Shown piece by piece: positions 37,101 through 47,460 of a stretch of DNA of 64,000 nt; the first letter of the stretch is position 1, and every line of letters starts with the position of its first letter. The notes under the pieces were generated by a model. It was given only the letters and a program-made list of their open reading frames with translations. It searched no databases and was not told the DNA's origin. This DNA is from Tubulanus polymorphus (taxonomy: Eukaryota; Animalia; Nemertea). The stretch spans positions 21,554,199-21,618,198 of the forward strand of contig NC_134025.1 in NCBI RefSeq assembly GCF_964204645.1. The letters run 5' to 3'. The position numbers and the translations under genes were made by a program.

Positions 37101-40100
37101 TGTATTCCTCGTCATATTGTACAAATTGTTGTAATTTATTTCTGAAATGAATATAATGATAACGTAATAAAATGAATATTCTAACACGGTTTAAAATCTA
37201 TAGTCATTACACAACTAACGATTGAATATTGAAATAGCTCATTGTAATATTTCATCACCATCAATGTACAATGTTGTTATAGCAAATCTCGAATGTAGCA
37301 AGATCTGAATATGCAAGTTTGGATTCTGTATTGCCGATTACATAAAATGAATTCAGTGCAAATCTTGAGTAGCATCGCCTGATCTGAAAGTATCTCAGCT
37401 TGTACACCGGTAATAAGCAGATTTATAGGTCTTAGATCGTTAAAACTCGAGTGCTCGAGCGCAAATCCCCGAAAAAAATATGACGTTGCATGAAATAACT
37501 ATGTTTCCAATGCGTAGCAATAACGGATTCAATGTATTCATGGTATATGGGCTCGTATTTTTCCCGGATCCGTTCTCGGCGTTATCCAACGCTTTTACGA
37601 TCCTAGTTTAACGCACTGGAAGGGATGTTTATTTCGTGGTTACAGTTCTCGCTGTATTAACGACGTTTTGTTTATGATCGTGACGTTTATTTCGTACCCT
37701 CTTCGCGTGTGTAAGATGACTTCGATGCCGTCAGGTTCGAATCCCTACCGAGGGAGAATGCGGTTGGTTTTCTGGGCATCTTTCAAAGAGAAGCGAAAGC
37801 CATTTTTGATGGTTTTCGAGAAAGTTGCGCTCTTCTATCAACACTCATTAGACGCTACCATGGCTTTCAAATAATTCCCAAAAGTGAACAAGGGATTAAT
37901 GTATTATATCGATTTAACCCTTCGCGAAATATAATAGTTCACTGTACATCCACGCAAGATCGCGTATTAATCTGTTTGGCAACCTAGTTGAAAGATGGCA
38001 TTTCTTGCTGCTTTTCCATATATTGTCCCATCACCCACTAAATATACAATACTTTCATTCTTCTACTCGGATATCGGAATAGTTATCTTGAATAATTGAT
38101 TCATTTCAGAGAAAAGTTCATTTAGATTTAATTTAAATGTAGAAGAAATCGAACGCAGATGACCAACTGTCTATACTAGCGAACCTGGTCGATGTTTGCC
38201 TGCTAAACAAGGAATCCTGGATTGCCACGGTAGCACTGCGGGTAACCCATTGAAAATCAGGTCAAAGGTTCTGAAGGCATTTTTGCCATTCGATTATAAA
38301 TCACTACCATCATTATACGATGGGCTGGTAGGCTCAAAAAATGTGCCCGTGAATCAAAAGATGAAATACTACTATCAACACGAGAATGGCAGTTTTTCTA
38401 CGGTAACTGAAAAACCCGACATGGAAATTGACTTCCACGTGTCGAGCTTCTATTTCATCTCACGTATCATTTGCAGATGCCGTGCAAATTATATCCAGTT
38501 ACATTTTTCTTATCCCCCGAATTTCTTCCGTGGCAAAGTCTCAGACTCAGTTTGTCGGTATAAATAAACGATAAACTAAGCCGTTTGTCTATTTTATGCG
38601 TCCACCCCCGTCGTATTTGTACAGAGTTGATTGCGATGGAATTCCAAGTCACGTTCTATCACTTGTGATAGATTGCTGTTTTAATGGTGCCGGGTCTCTT
38701 TCGTTATTCTATTATACCATCTCATGCCAAATGGTCGATTCGTTTTTGCTCCGTTTGCTTCGCGATTTACACAACTACCGCCAATGCATATGATATACCC
38801 TATTCATTATTTCTATCAGTTTCCCAGATAAAATTTGATGCATTTACATGGATTCTTACAGTAGCCCGAGATCCAATATGTGTGGGTTTGATGTAGACAA
38901 GGGGTTTATGATCTTTGCAACGTCGATCAGCAATCGAAAGATTAATATAATGATATGATATTTATTTCGCCATGTACATATGCAGTATAAATGATATATA
39001 GATTATAAACAATTTACATACATACGATTTATGTGAGGGATTGATGTTCAATTTTAGGAACTCGATGGTAACTAATCTGCAACGCGACTTTGGTCAGGGT
39101 GGACACTTATCGCCCATATACAAAACCCTTGGGACCAGTTTTATAGACTGGTGATACCTATTACCTATTGGGGCTAATTCAATTGAAAATGAATTCAGTT
39201 AAAAAAAGGTTACAAACAACTCATTAATTTTTCGTTGAATCGCGTATTGATAATGCAAATCGTGGTCAATAGCATGATCCGAATTCCCAGGGTTTTCTAG
39301 GTTTTCGGTAGAATTTGTCAAATTTCATGAGTTTTTTGCCTGATTTTCCCTAGATTTTCTGATTCCCTGAGTTAACAAAGTTTTTCAGGTCAGTGGCCAA
39401 CCTGTTGGCCTGGATTATTAAAGTGGAGATATCAGGAGCAAGTAGTGTTCGTTCAAGATGAATTATCGCGAATGTTACTGAAGGGTATAGTTTCATCAAT
39501 GTTCCCGTTCAACGCAAACTAGCCGTTCTTAGAGTCATCGTGGATCATAATCTGACCTTTGAGCATAGAATGCTTGAAAATAACTTAATCTTAGTCAGAA
39601 TTTATTATCCAAACGTGTGTCATTTTTAGTAGTAATGTCGCGAGTATACGTATCGAATAGGAGGAATATTGTGGCCGACGCGTAATGATACTGGCCTGTG
39701 TGGTATAATTGATCGGCGTCCGGGGACAAGAACCGGGGTTTATTTCTGTAAGAAACGCTGAACGACTATAACGACGAAATCCTGCATATTGATGAAGTGA
39801 GAAATCGTTCGGTCAGTTGAACACGCATTACGACTCGATTAGAAAACGCTCAGCGTCGTATAGGCTATTGAGTAATCATCTGTGACGATTCTCATTAGCA
39901 GCCCGGGCTTGTTTTCAACACGTTTCTATATTATCGAGCTTACAACGCCAGCAGAGTTCTGAGAGTTGAGAGAACACTTACAACGCGACGATAAACTATT
40001 TTAAAGTTGCTACAGCCGCCATTTTGTTAGCGTACTTTCGTCCTGAATAATGATGGCTCATTTTCTTGCTTTTTTAAAAACCATTCGTGATGCGTATTTT

Positions 40101-43100
40101 ATCATATTCCACTAGTCCGTAGATGAATTTTGACAGCTTTGGCAACATTCAAACCGTATGAAACTCTGGTTTTCGGTTATGTAAAATTTCAACACAAATC
40201 TCTTGTCAGTTACACTGTTATGAGATTAGCAATTGAAATGGTTCATTTCAAATAGTTTATCACACAATGAACCAATCAAAAATGGAACTGGCTCCATACG
40301 TACGATAATGACTTGTCGTCAAACAAGTAGCACTGAAATGTATGGGCATCTGGGAAACGAGAATTGTTTTCAAAAACGTTTTTTTTGTTGGTAAAATATT
40401 CTATCACTTGATATAAACGATTGAAATAGAATTGATATGAAAATTAGGGTTTAGATCTAAACTTATCAACTGACGAATGATCACTTATTCAAACATACCG
40501 GGTGGTGTGCATTTGTCTTTCACCGTAGAATTAGCATCTGTTATATTCACAGACAAACTGGTCAGATTATTTCTTTCGTCCAAAGTCGTTTCATCTCCGT
40601 TGTAAGTTGTTACTTTCGACACGACCAATAGGTGGCGTTTACCGGTATGGATTTCGATCCCATCTCCGGAAGGCTGCAGACCTGGAAAGAATAATGAAAC
40701 TTGTTATTCGTATACAGCTCATGCTCGTGACCTACCGGTACTTCATCTGATATCAGACATGCTCGCTCGATTGAGGCAACCTCTCCGCTTAAGAAATATT
40801 GGGCAGTGTAATAGACCAAAGAAGGTTTTGCGCGGCCATGGTCTGTATTGGCTTGAGCTTCGGCGGATGGTAATCAAACCCTGGCAAGCGAGGATGACAT
40901 CAGACGGTGGGCATGAACGCAAAAACACCATCTGAAGCAAATTTGTACAGCTGATTTCAAATTACGTAGTTTCAATGGAATAGTCAAATGTTGTTTTAAA
41001 AAAGGTAACATCTCAATACTAATAGAGATGAAGAAGCTACTAGTATGCTATATGAATCACGTATTGTTTCGAAACATAATTTGCATTTCAAGTTCTACAT
41101 AGAAAAATTGTATATTCAAAGACTGGTATTTTTCATTCAGTACGCGTTAGATCTTATAGAGAATTTCGGTATTTTTGTAAAATATCCCATCTGTTGTGCG
41201 CAATTAAGTGTTGAAAATGTAAACAAAAACACGTTCGAATGTATGATACTTTTTTAAGTGAATGCCATTTTAAGTTTATATATATATGAATATTCAATTA
41301 GGCAGCTTAATTCTAAAACAGACACCAATGTTTTTTAAGTAGGATTGGTTGCATAAACACACAATCACTTTCACGAAATAAGCGGCGATTTTAAATTATT
41401 CAGAAAATCAAAGTTAATTCGGGTGAATATTTCATTTCAAGATGTGGGAGTTAAAATGAATATACATGTAAAATCGACATCCCACGTATAGCTATTAACT
41501 TATACAATGATTCGTGAATGAGAAAATCACGCAATCTCATCATCACAGCCATCAGTCATTCTAAATTTGATTTTGCAATAATCAAATTGCCGAAAACACC
41601 CAGCCGTCAACCGGCTTATCAGAAAGATTATTATCGTTTTGGTTCACTTGGCATAACCTAACCGATTTTAGATTGATATTCCCATCCTCGTCTTGCTATA
41701 TCCCCGAGGGACGTCCCACGAGCTGATCGTGTACTGAAAAATTGGAAAAATGGATCCGATACGCGCAAAAAAGGATCCAATACGCGCAAAATTGATCCGA
41801 GCTCTCCAACTGTGGACATTATACGAAATTGGCCCGGTTTTACCTCATTGCTCATATTCAGATATTCAATTTCGATGAGTTATATAACTAAAAGCAAAAA
41901 CAGACAAGTAAAGTTGAAATATCTGTTGAAAAGAGATATAGTTGGAATTGATATCATCACCGATAGATCTTTCGTTAAGGAAGACTTAATATAATGATAC
42001 TATGCAGAAACATCATGAACATAGAGTATATTTAGCAATTTATAAATATTTGACGTTTTTGCGCTGTTGCGTGGAATGTGGCAGGCTTAATTGCATTCCT
42101 TTAGTGGGTCTGTAGGCGATATGGGGCTGACAAGGAAGGGGCATTGATCACACATCTCACTTCAATCAATTCAGACCAATAAAAATAGTTTCCATTGATC
42201 TCTTGTACCACGCGCGCACCGATAGGAACCGTTCGATGTATTGCCTCTTTACAGGCAAATCTGTCACGACAATAATGTACGATTTCCAATACGTCCGTAT
42301 ATGGGACACGTTTTGAGGAATGATCGATGGAGCGGGCGAAAATATAAAACTACATCCAGTCAATGCGATAGATCGATCGACAAATACTAGAAAATGGCAA
42401 TTCATGATAGTGTTCCGGGCTAGTGTAATGGACTGAATGTTTTGGTCAGTTACATAGGCACCTATTAGCAGGCTTAATAAGTTTGAGTTAATTATGTATA
42501 TACATGTATATGTAACAAATAAAGTCTGACTAAAATCTACAATAGATATTTACAATATAGCTTGTGCAGGTAACAGAACAATAGGCACAAGAGTACATTC
42601 AATACTCTGTTCATGTTGATGTTGAAATGTGGGTGGTCATTACTGTTACGTATTTATTTGTTTGATAGATTTGATTTGTCTCATACTTTATACCATTGGT
42701 GCGACTCTTAGAAATCCACCACAACTGCCCGGAACGAAGCATCGGATTGCTTTTGAAATCGGAAATCTAAGGAGCCTTTTCAATGTACATTTCGTACGTT
42801 TGCATAACTGATCGCGTTATATATGTCTATACGTGATGAAATACGGTCGATTCGGACAAGAAAAACGTTTCGTTTCTCGTTGCCCCGAATTCTGATTGAA
42901 GTACTCGTACAACATCTGGCCGAAGTCGTATGATTCTCAAACGCAAAACTGGTACTCATTTTTTTTCAATATGCGCAACAAACGACGACACTTTAATCAC
43001 ATATCTTTGCGCATCATCGACAAACTATCCTGTCTACAAATAGTTATTTCATGAGCGAGCAAGATATTCCCTCGATGCAAGATGTATTTTGTCGATAGTT

Positions 43101-46100
43101 AATTTAAAGTATAAAATCACGACGCAAAAGTTTACTTAGAACTTCCAACCCGAAGCTTTATCACTGAAAATACATATTCACATAGTACATAGCCTTGGTT
43201 TAATCTAATAAAAATGTATATATGGATTAAACCAAGAACAAATATTTATATCTACACCGTCGTACGTGGTAGAGCTTTGGGCTTGATGTTCTATAAGTTC
43301 ACTCTTGTATTATGATCTCATATTCATTCAATCCAATAATGATAATTTATTTTCGTAAATCATGATGCAATAATGCATGTTTATACATAAAAATGTGGTA
43401 TTATTTTCTTTCAGGTGAATTAAAATTGTTAATTGGATTCACCTAATCTAGTGTGATCGTGATAAATCATGTAGGGGGCCCTGGCTTCCATAGACTACTT
43501 AAAGCTTCCATTAGTATTGCATTATCATTATATGACTACTGACACTTAGTAATCTTCATGATACCTTCTATCAATCATCCCGACACTCGTGTTATAGAAC
43601 ATTTTTAAGCGGTCAAAAGCTGTCTCCGTGTCCAAGACAGTGACCTCAGCCTGAATTCTTCGTTTAAAAAAACTAGCCCAATTAAGAGGGCTGGAGTTTC
43701 AATATCACCGGCTAATTTAATTTACAAATGAATGATAGCTATATTCAGTATAGAAGATGGAATTTATCAAACGAAGGCATCGTCTTTTAATCGATAGCAC
43801 TATACTATTAACCGATCAAAACTGCGATTACCATCATGGAAGGCAGCATGATGCGCTTAATTCCGTGAATAAAATACGACTCGAAACAATTAACCCCCCG
43901 TGACCGTATCTGTATATACGATGTGTTCAAGTTGGGCTAAAAGTCCGACGATGCAGGGAATCATGGAAACAAAGAAATATGGAAACAAACATGTTTCCCC
44001 AGCGTTTCCCTGTGTTGTGAGCGTTTACGAGAAACGTAGTTTCGGGAACAACGATTCCGGAATCAAACATGCATGTTTCCGTGTTTCTGTATTTCCCTGC
44101 ATCGTACATGCGTTGGGCTTAAGGCCTTTTAATCACTGGCCCTTTTTAATCATCTTTTCGGTTAAGCTTAGATGTAGTAGAAAATTTAATACCAGGCTTT
44201 CGAATTAGAAGCGTTATTAACGCCTACGCTTATCACATGTAAACGGCCTGATGGTGACGTAATTCGACATCGCATATTCATCTATTCATTGGTGATGCGT
44301 TGTTAATGAATCGCCATTATTATTATGTATTATCAGCTTGGGATCTGTAACACCGTTGCCATTGGCATCAGGTTTGCGTCTCCTTGTCTCCTAAGCTGTT
44401 CATTATAGTTTATATTAATAGAAACAATGGTATAGGTTTCAATCAAAATGAACAAATGTATACGTAATAGATGTATAGATAGAATATGCTTATATCATCT
44501 TTTGTCGATGTAAGAAGTCCGTAAGGCAGAATCGTGCTTTCTAAATGCTGTGCAATTCTAAATTCAGATTCAGATTTTATTTGCTCTGCGTATATATAAA
44601 CATCCAATTCCGATTCAGATTCAGATTTTATTTGCTATATATTTTTCAGCAAATAAAATATATATATATACGTATAATCGTTACTTGCGAGAACTTCTTC
44701 GTGCGTTCGGTCGACTTTTTCGGTCAAAAAGGTCAAGGGCGTGATCCATCGATCAAAAGTGTCGGTACCTATTTATATATATATATTTACATGCACATCT
44801 CAGCACCGATCAGATTTATTAAAAAAAGGTACCGACACTTTTGATCGATGGATCACGCCCTTGACCTTTTTGACCGAAAAAGTCGACCGAACGCACGAAG
44901 AAGTTCTCGCAAGTAACGATTATACGTTTTGTTTTATATATACATGTAGCCGATTCTACCCCCGTCGATAATTAACACGCGAACTGCGATTACGTGAAAA
45001 TGGCTTTCTCTTTCTGATCAGCTCTTATCCGTCGTCGGATGTTACGCCCATTCGCCGCGGTCACGATCGTCGAACTAATCCCACTTACGCAAAGAATCGG
45101 TTTAATACGCGCACTGATTATCGTAATACCCCGGTTCATCACGAGACGTGAGGTGATGCGCTACTCGCCATCAATACGAGGTGTGTAATATCTACGACAT
45201 AAGACCGCAATTGGGTTATTAGCTTCAAGGTACGCAGGGCAAGACCCCAAAAATAGTACCTAGAATGAAAAAGAGCCCCCCCCCCTTAAATGCTGCCACG
45301 AAAGACAGGTAATGAATTACGGTTGTAAGCATGGGATCCGTGGGTCCTGAGAGACAGATTGGTGATGAAATAGGGGATTCCCAGGACTTTCTTGTCTGGA
45401 GCAAGGGCACCAATTCGGCTCGGATGTACTGATGGCTTACCTGTACTGGGAAACCCCGATCCTTTTTAAAGGTCTGATTATTTACAAAATTCGATCAAGT
45501 ATGTGGGGGTGAAAACCATTTCAACCCGCTTATATACGATCTTAACGCTAGAATTTCTTGTTTTTACTCTAGGATATAGAAGATTTTGGAATAGTGGTCT
45601 TGAGCTTCTATTCAACAATATGATACGGACATAATTTCTCCCTATACCGCATGTATAACATGAATCAGATTGAATTAGTGATTGAATGAAAAATTCGATC
45701 CGAAATCTATCCGCAAGATCATCAGATTTTCGCGTGTATCCCGAGATGTCGTCATTCGTATTGAATTTCACCACGGTAGAAATCAGTCACTCTATAAAAA
45801 CAGCCCCCGGAAAGTTGGTTTATTTGACATTCGTTAACTATTAATCGCCTACTCCCATCATTATTTCCATTGGGAGACGTCGGTTTCCGCCTCGTAAAAA
45901 GGAAAGGAAATCATCCACAGAATTCATGAAGCGGTCATTGTGAACCCTCGGGGAATAAAGAGAAGGTTATCGTCATATATGAAGATGGGATATCAGTACA
46001 TGGGTCAAAGGGTATTCTTATGTATGCGTATCATGTATGGAAAATATCTAAATTGCGACGATGATATAACAAGGATACAAAAGTTCTTTATAGAATATGG

Positions 46101-46709
46101 GTACCATTAAATATTAGCAATATAGACCGGAATACTTAAGATAATCAAGGGCCTACAGTTTCATGGGTAAACGATGATTGGTTTCCACCAAGCGCTTCAT
46201 TAATACGATTAACTTGTATTTTTAGGTTTGAAAAATTTTGGTCGTTGGATAGAAATGTACAGGATTTCAAATCAATGCAACTGAACTAACCGAACAATCG
46301 ATTTTAACCAAATCCAGCTGCGGTGCAACTCGGGCACCAGCCAAGTCATGGGCACACTATTTCCAAAGGATAAATACATATTCAAAGGATACGGAATTAT
46401 TGAAATCACTGATATTAGTATACATGTATTGGTTTCAATGAAAATAGAATACATCGAAATACACTTGAAATATGATGGATGACGAAAAAATGTCAAATTG
46501 CAGCTACGTTCATCCGTCTTACCTTCGTAATCTTGTTTGCCATGCCAGTGATAAAAAGCTCCACTCGAAACAAACACGAACCAAACGAACACGAACTTGG
46601 CACGCCAAACCGAAGATCTCCGCTTCCACGGTCGGAAAAGCGGCATCTTCCCAAATATAGTATCCACACGCCGAGCTCGCAAAGCCTTTATCTCCGAAGG
46701 ATTCAGCAT
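7885..46709 (-). CDS. SLC24A: Potassium-dependent sodium/calcium exchanger (SLC24/NCKX, NCKX3/4/5-like), 21 coding exons, about 686 aa
   Basis: Exons 46523-46709 (alternative ATG 46646), 40499-40681, 25351-25502, 16472-16556, 15494-15597, 15288-15362, 14541-14620, 13868-13989, 12651-12680, 12448-12483, 12114-12146, 10985-11087, 10798-10894, 10560-10660, 9911-9969, 9462-9552, 9126-9204, 8863-8977, 8657-8769, 8485-8550, 7885-8034; 2061 nt in frame. Motifs: RHLL...[30 protein letters not shown], alpha-1 [30 protein letters not shown], alpha-2 [12 protein letters not shown], and GSNVFDI, which carries the Asp linked to K+ dependence. Confidence 0.92.
12870..13070 (-). mobile_element. tRNA-derived SINE copy
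   Basis: Minus strand reads TAGTCTAGCGTGGC (A-box-like)...GGTTCGAATCCC (B-box, 12977-12986) followed by CTGCCGAGGTAGGATG; homologous to copies at 13498-13595 and 37731-37830. Confidence 0.6.
13121..13434. mobile_element. Foldback-type MITE with about 80-bp TIRs and internal ~30-bp repeats
   Basis: TATGGTGGCTGATTCGGGCCATACTAAAAAG... / ...CTTTTTAGTATGGCCCGAATCAGCCACCATA; TA at both ends; five internal copies (one degenerate) of the palindrome TTCTCGCGCGAGAA. Confidence 0.85.
13498..13595 (+). mobile_element. tRNA-derived SINE head, inverted relative to the 12870-13070 copy
   Basis: GAGCTAGTGTGGCAGGGTTTTG...GTTCAAATCCCTGTTGGGGGAGGATG aligns by eye with the reverse complement of about 12955-13070. 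Confidence 0.55.
14104..14355. mobile_element. Degenerate hAT-like MITE (CAGGGGCGGATC end)
   Basis: Starts CAGGGGCGGATCTAG with GGGGTCC/GGACCC internal motifs; same end type as 26762-27049 and 32862-33144. Confidence 0.4.
17290..17507 (+). repeat. Interspersed repeat family copy, probably a non-autonomous DNA transposon
   Basis: Similar to 29066-29432 (AAATATAAAAATGG.CAAAAT, GGCAGCCA.CAA, AACCCCAATCAG, TTTCCAAT.ATGTACT, TTCTGTAAATT, CAATCCCTAT). Confidence 0.65.
18050..18160. repeat. (TTTATCA)n/(TTA)n microsatellite, 5' flank of the LINE
   Basis: Direct reading: TTATCATTTATCATTTATCATTTATCATTTATTA. Confidence 0.85.
18256..19696 (+). pseudogene. LINE ORF1: RRM-like region, 3 CCHC zinc knuckles and SGNH esterase; one stop and one frameshift
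   Basis: N-terminal region (VRAIQIT...[18 protein letters not shown]...LSTYGEV) resembles LINE RRMs. Knuckles [46 protein letters not shown] blocks IIMGDSN, SVSGAT, ICHLG (frameshift near 19245), SSILPR, DRSGIH. In-frame TAA at 18649-18651. Confidence 0.85.
19750..22631 (+). pseudogene. LINE ORF2: apurinic endonuclease plus reverse transcriptase, disrupted
   Basis: APE motifs LNIRS, LTETW, GGGLALF, IYRPP, MGDFN, PTRI, LIDNIF, ISDH. RT motifs [45 protein letters not shown]. Frameshifts near 20400 and 21865; TGA at 22149-22151. Confidence 0.93.
22982..23130. repeat. (TTTATCA)n microsatellite, 3' flank of the LINE
   Basis: TTTATCATTTATCATTTATCATTTATCATTTGTCA... begins directly after the TCAAA tail. 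Confidence 0.85.
23636..23930 (-). mobile_element. 5'-truncated 3' end of a second LINE family
   Basis: Minus strand ends ...[17 protein letters not shown], then hairpin CTGGGTGCTTGGA...TCCAAGCATCCAG and GAAATAAATAT; the terminal 70 bp are identical to 38958-39027. Confidence 0.6.
24856..25022 (-). repeat. Reverse-oriented copy of the 29066-29432 repeat family
   Basis: GGTGTCCCTTACAAACCCACCACACCTGC.GGGAGCGAAAC and ATTTTGAAATCGGAAATCGAAG match the reverse complement of about 29300-29372. Confidence 0.75.
26762..27049. mobile_element. hAT-like MITE
   Basis: GAGGGCGGATGCAGG...GGTGTCCAG / TGTCCGGACCCC...CCCTGGATCCGGTACTG imperfect TIRs. Confidence 0.45.
27968..28208. mobile_element. MITE with imperfect TIRs
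   Basis: AGTCTGG...CACAAAATAATACTGCACAT / ATATGCAGTATTATTGTG...CCAGACT. Confidence 0.55.
29066..29432 (+). repeat. Longest copy of an interspersed repeat family present four times in NCKX introns
   Basis: Homologous segments at 17290-17507 (+), 24856-25022 (-) and about 42705-42771 (-). Confidence 0.75.
29844..30070. mobile_element. Foldback-like element fragment with GCAAAAACGAA subrepeats
   Basis: Begins TATGGTGGCTGAT, the same terminus as the 13121 element; about 9 direct and inverted GCAAAAACGAA/TTCGTTTTTGC units. Confidence 0.55.
30770..30845 (-). mobile_element. Possible tRNA-derived SINE head (different family)
   Basis: Minus strand contains GGGTTCATGGGTTCGAATC, a B-box-like motif; no complete cloverleaf seen. 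Confidence 0.35.
31705..31860. mobile_element. Tc1/mariner-like MITE
   Basis: TA|CAGTAGACTCCGCCCAAGTCGGATC ... GATCCGACTTTGAGCGAAGTCTACTG TIRs; inverted homologous copy at about 50173-50331. Confidence 0.7.
32862..33144. mobile_element. hAT-like MITE
   Basis: TIRs CAGGGGCGGATCCA / TGGATCCACCCCTG with G-rich and C-rich subterminal tracts; no intact 8-bp TSD seen. Confidence 0.7.
33725..33920 (+). mobile_element. Possible short solo LTR
   Basis: Starts TGTTAC, contains CCTATAAA and later AATAAA, and ends GTAACG (one mismatch from an inverted TGTTAC); no TSD found. Confidence 0.35.
34942..35064. mobile_element. Short palindromic MITE (Harbinger-like)
   Basis: CCACTTGCTCAAAAGTTAGTTAGAGTTAACCAGTGGATA / TATCCACTGGTTATCTCTAACCAACTTTTGAGCTACTGG. 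Confidence 0.75.
35427..35470. repeat. Exact 22-bp tandem duplication
   Basis: AACGCAATCCAATACGCCTTTG occurs twice in tandem. Confidence 0.9.
37731..37830 (+). mobile_element. tRNA-derived SINE fragment
   Basis: TCAGGTTCGAATCCCTACCGAGGGAGAATG matches the B-box region of the 12870-13070 copy. Confidence 0.55.
38950..39027 (-). mobile_element. Extremely 5'-truncated LINE 3' end
   Basis: 70 bp identical to 23636-23705; AATAAA then a short ATATC-type tail on the minus strand. Confidence 0.7.
43938..44122. mobile_element. MITE with imperfect TIRs (Harbinger-like)
   Basis: ACGATGCAGGGAA...GGAAACA / TGTTTCC...TTCCCTGCATCGT; ends GGGCTTAA. Confidence 0.6.
44670..44927. mobile_element. Young MITE with perfect ~101-bp inverted arms
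   Basis: 44670-44770 is the exact reverse complement of 44827-44927 (ACGTATAATCGTTACTTGCGAGAAC...GTCGGTACCT). Confidence 0.9.
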
Positions 46710-47252
46710 GACTACTGCGTGCGACAACGGTTGTGTGATTGTTGAACGCGATGTGCGCTAAGATGCAGTGCCGCTTACCCGATGCAATGCACAGGTATTG
46801 ACCGTCGCTGTATCACCAGTCAATATTTTCCTCTTTACGATTAGAATAGCTACTCGTGGCTTAAGGCCTTAAAACGATCTAAAACGGAATGAAGCGATTA
46901 TGATAACCGAGCTGAAAAAGCCGCTTTCGCGTGAAAAATAAACCGTAGATAATAATATGGATAATGCGGATATCTATTGTAATGGGTCTTTCTCAAAGTC
47001 GAGACACTGAGTGACGCAGAGTGAGAACTTCGTTTATGATATTCACCTCATTGAATATTCAGCTATACAACGTGCAATTAAAAATACGTTTCACATATTT
47101 ATTCTTAATGGTGGACATTTTTTGAAATGATATTCAACATGTGCGTTGTCACCTGTGCTTCTGTGACTAAGCGACGTCTGCCAAGTAATTCAGAACATAA
47201 TTTCGAATACCACCAGAAGGTTGAAACACTTAAAACGCATGTCATTGAATAT

Positions 47253-47258
47253 TTTATT
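47253..47258 (-). terminator. Candidate polyadenylation signal of PM20D2
   Basis: AATAAA on the minus strand about 200 nt after the stop codon and upstream of the NCKX first exon. Confidence 0.45.
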
Positions 47259-47460
47259 CATGAAAATTTCTGGATATAGATGCAGGCTTATACACACACT
47301 TGTATAAATAATATCTCAGCCAGTTCAAACAAACTGCCATCTTTTGATTCGTGTGCCCACATCCGTACCATGACCAAGATAAACCGCGTTTACAATGAAA
47401 CGTCGAAGATGTCAATGATAACCGTGATTTTGGTGAATGGCCACGCGTTAAGGTTGGAAC

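Noticed and set aside
38196-38567. 123-aa plus-strand ORF in an NCKX intron
   Set aside because: Non-ATG start, no recognisable motif and no splice support.
40743-40940. ORFs next to NCKX exon 2
   Set aside because: No phase-compatible donor free of stops; the true exon is 40499-40681 in a frame not listed in the ORF track.
45441-45461. 21-nt phase 1-1 candidate microexon in NCKX intron 1 (CAG|GTAAG donor)
   Set aside because: Acceptor is purine-rich (TTTAAAAAG) without a polypyrimidine tract; unsupported without RNA data.
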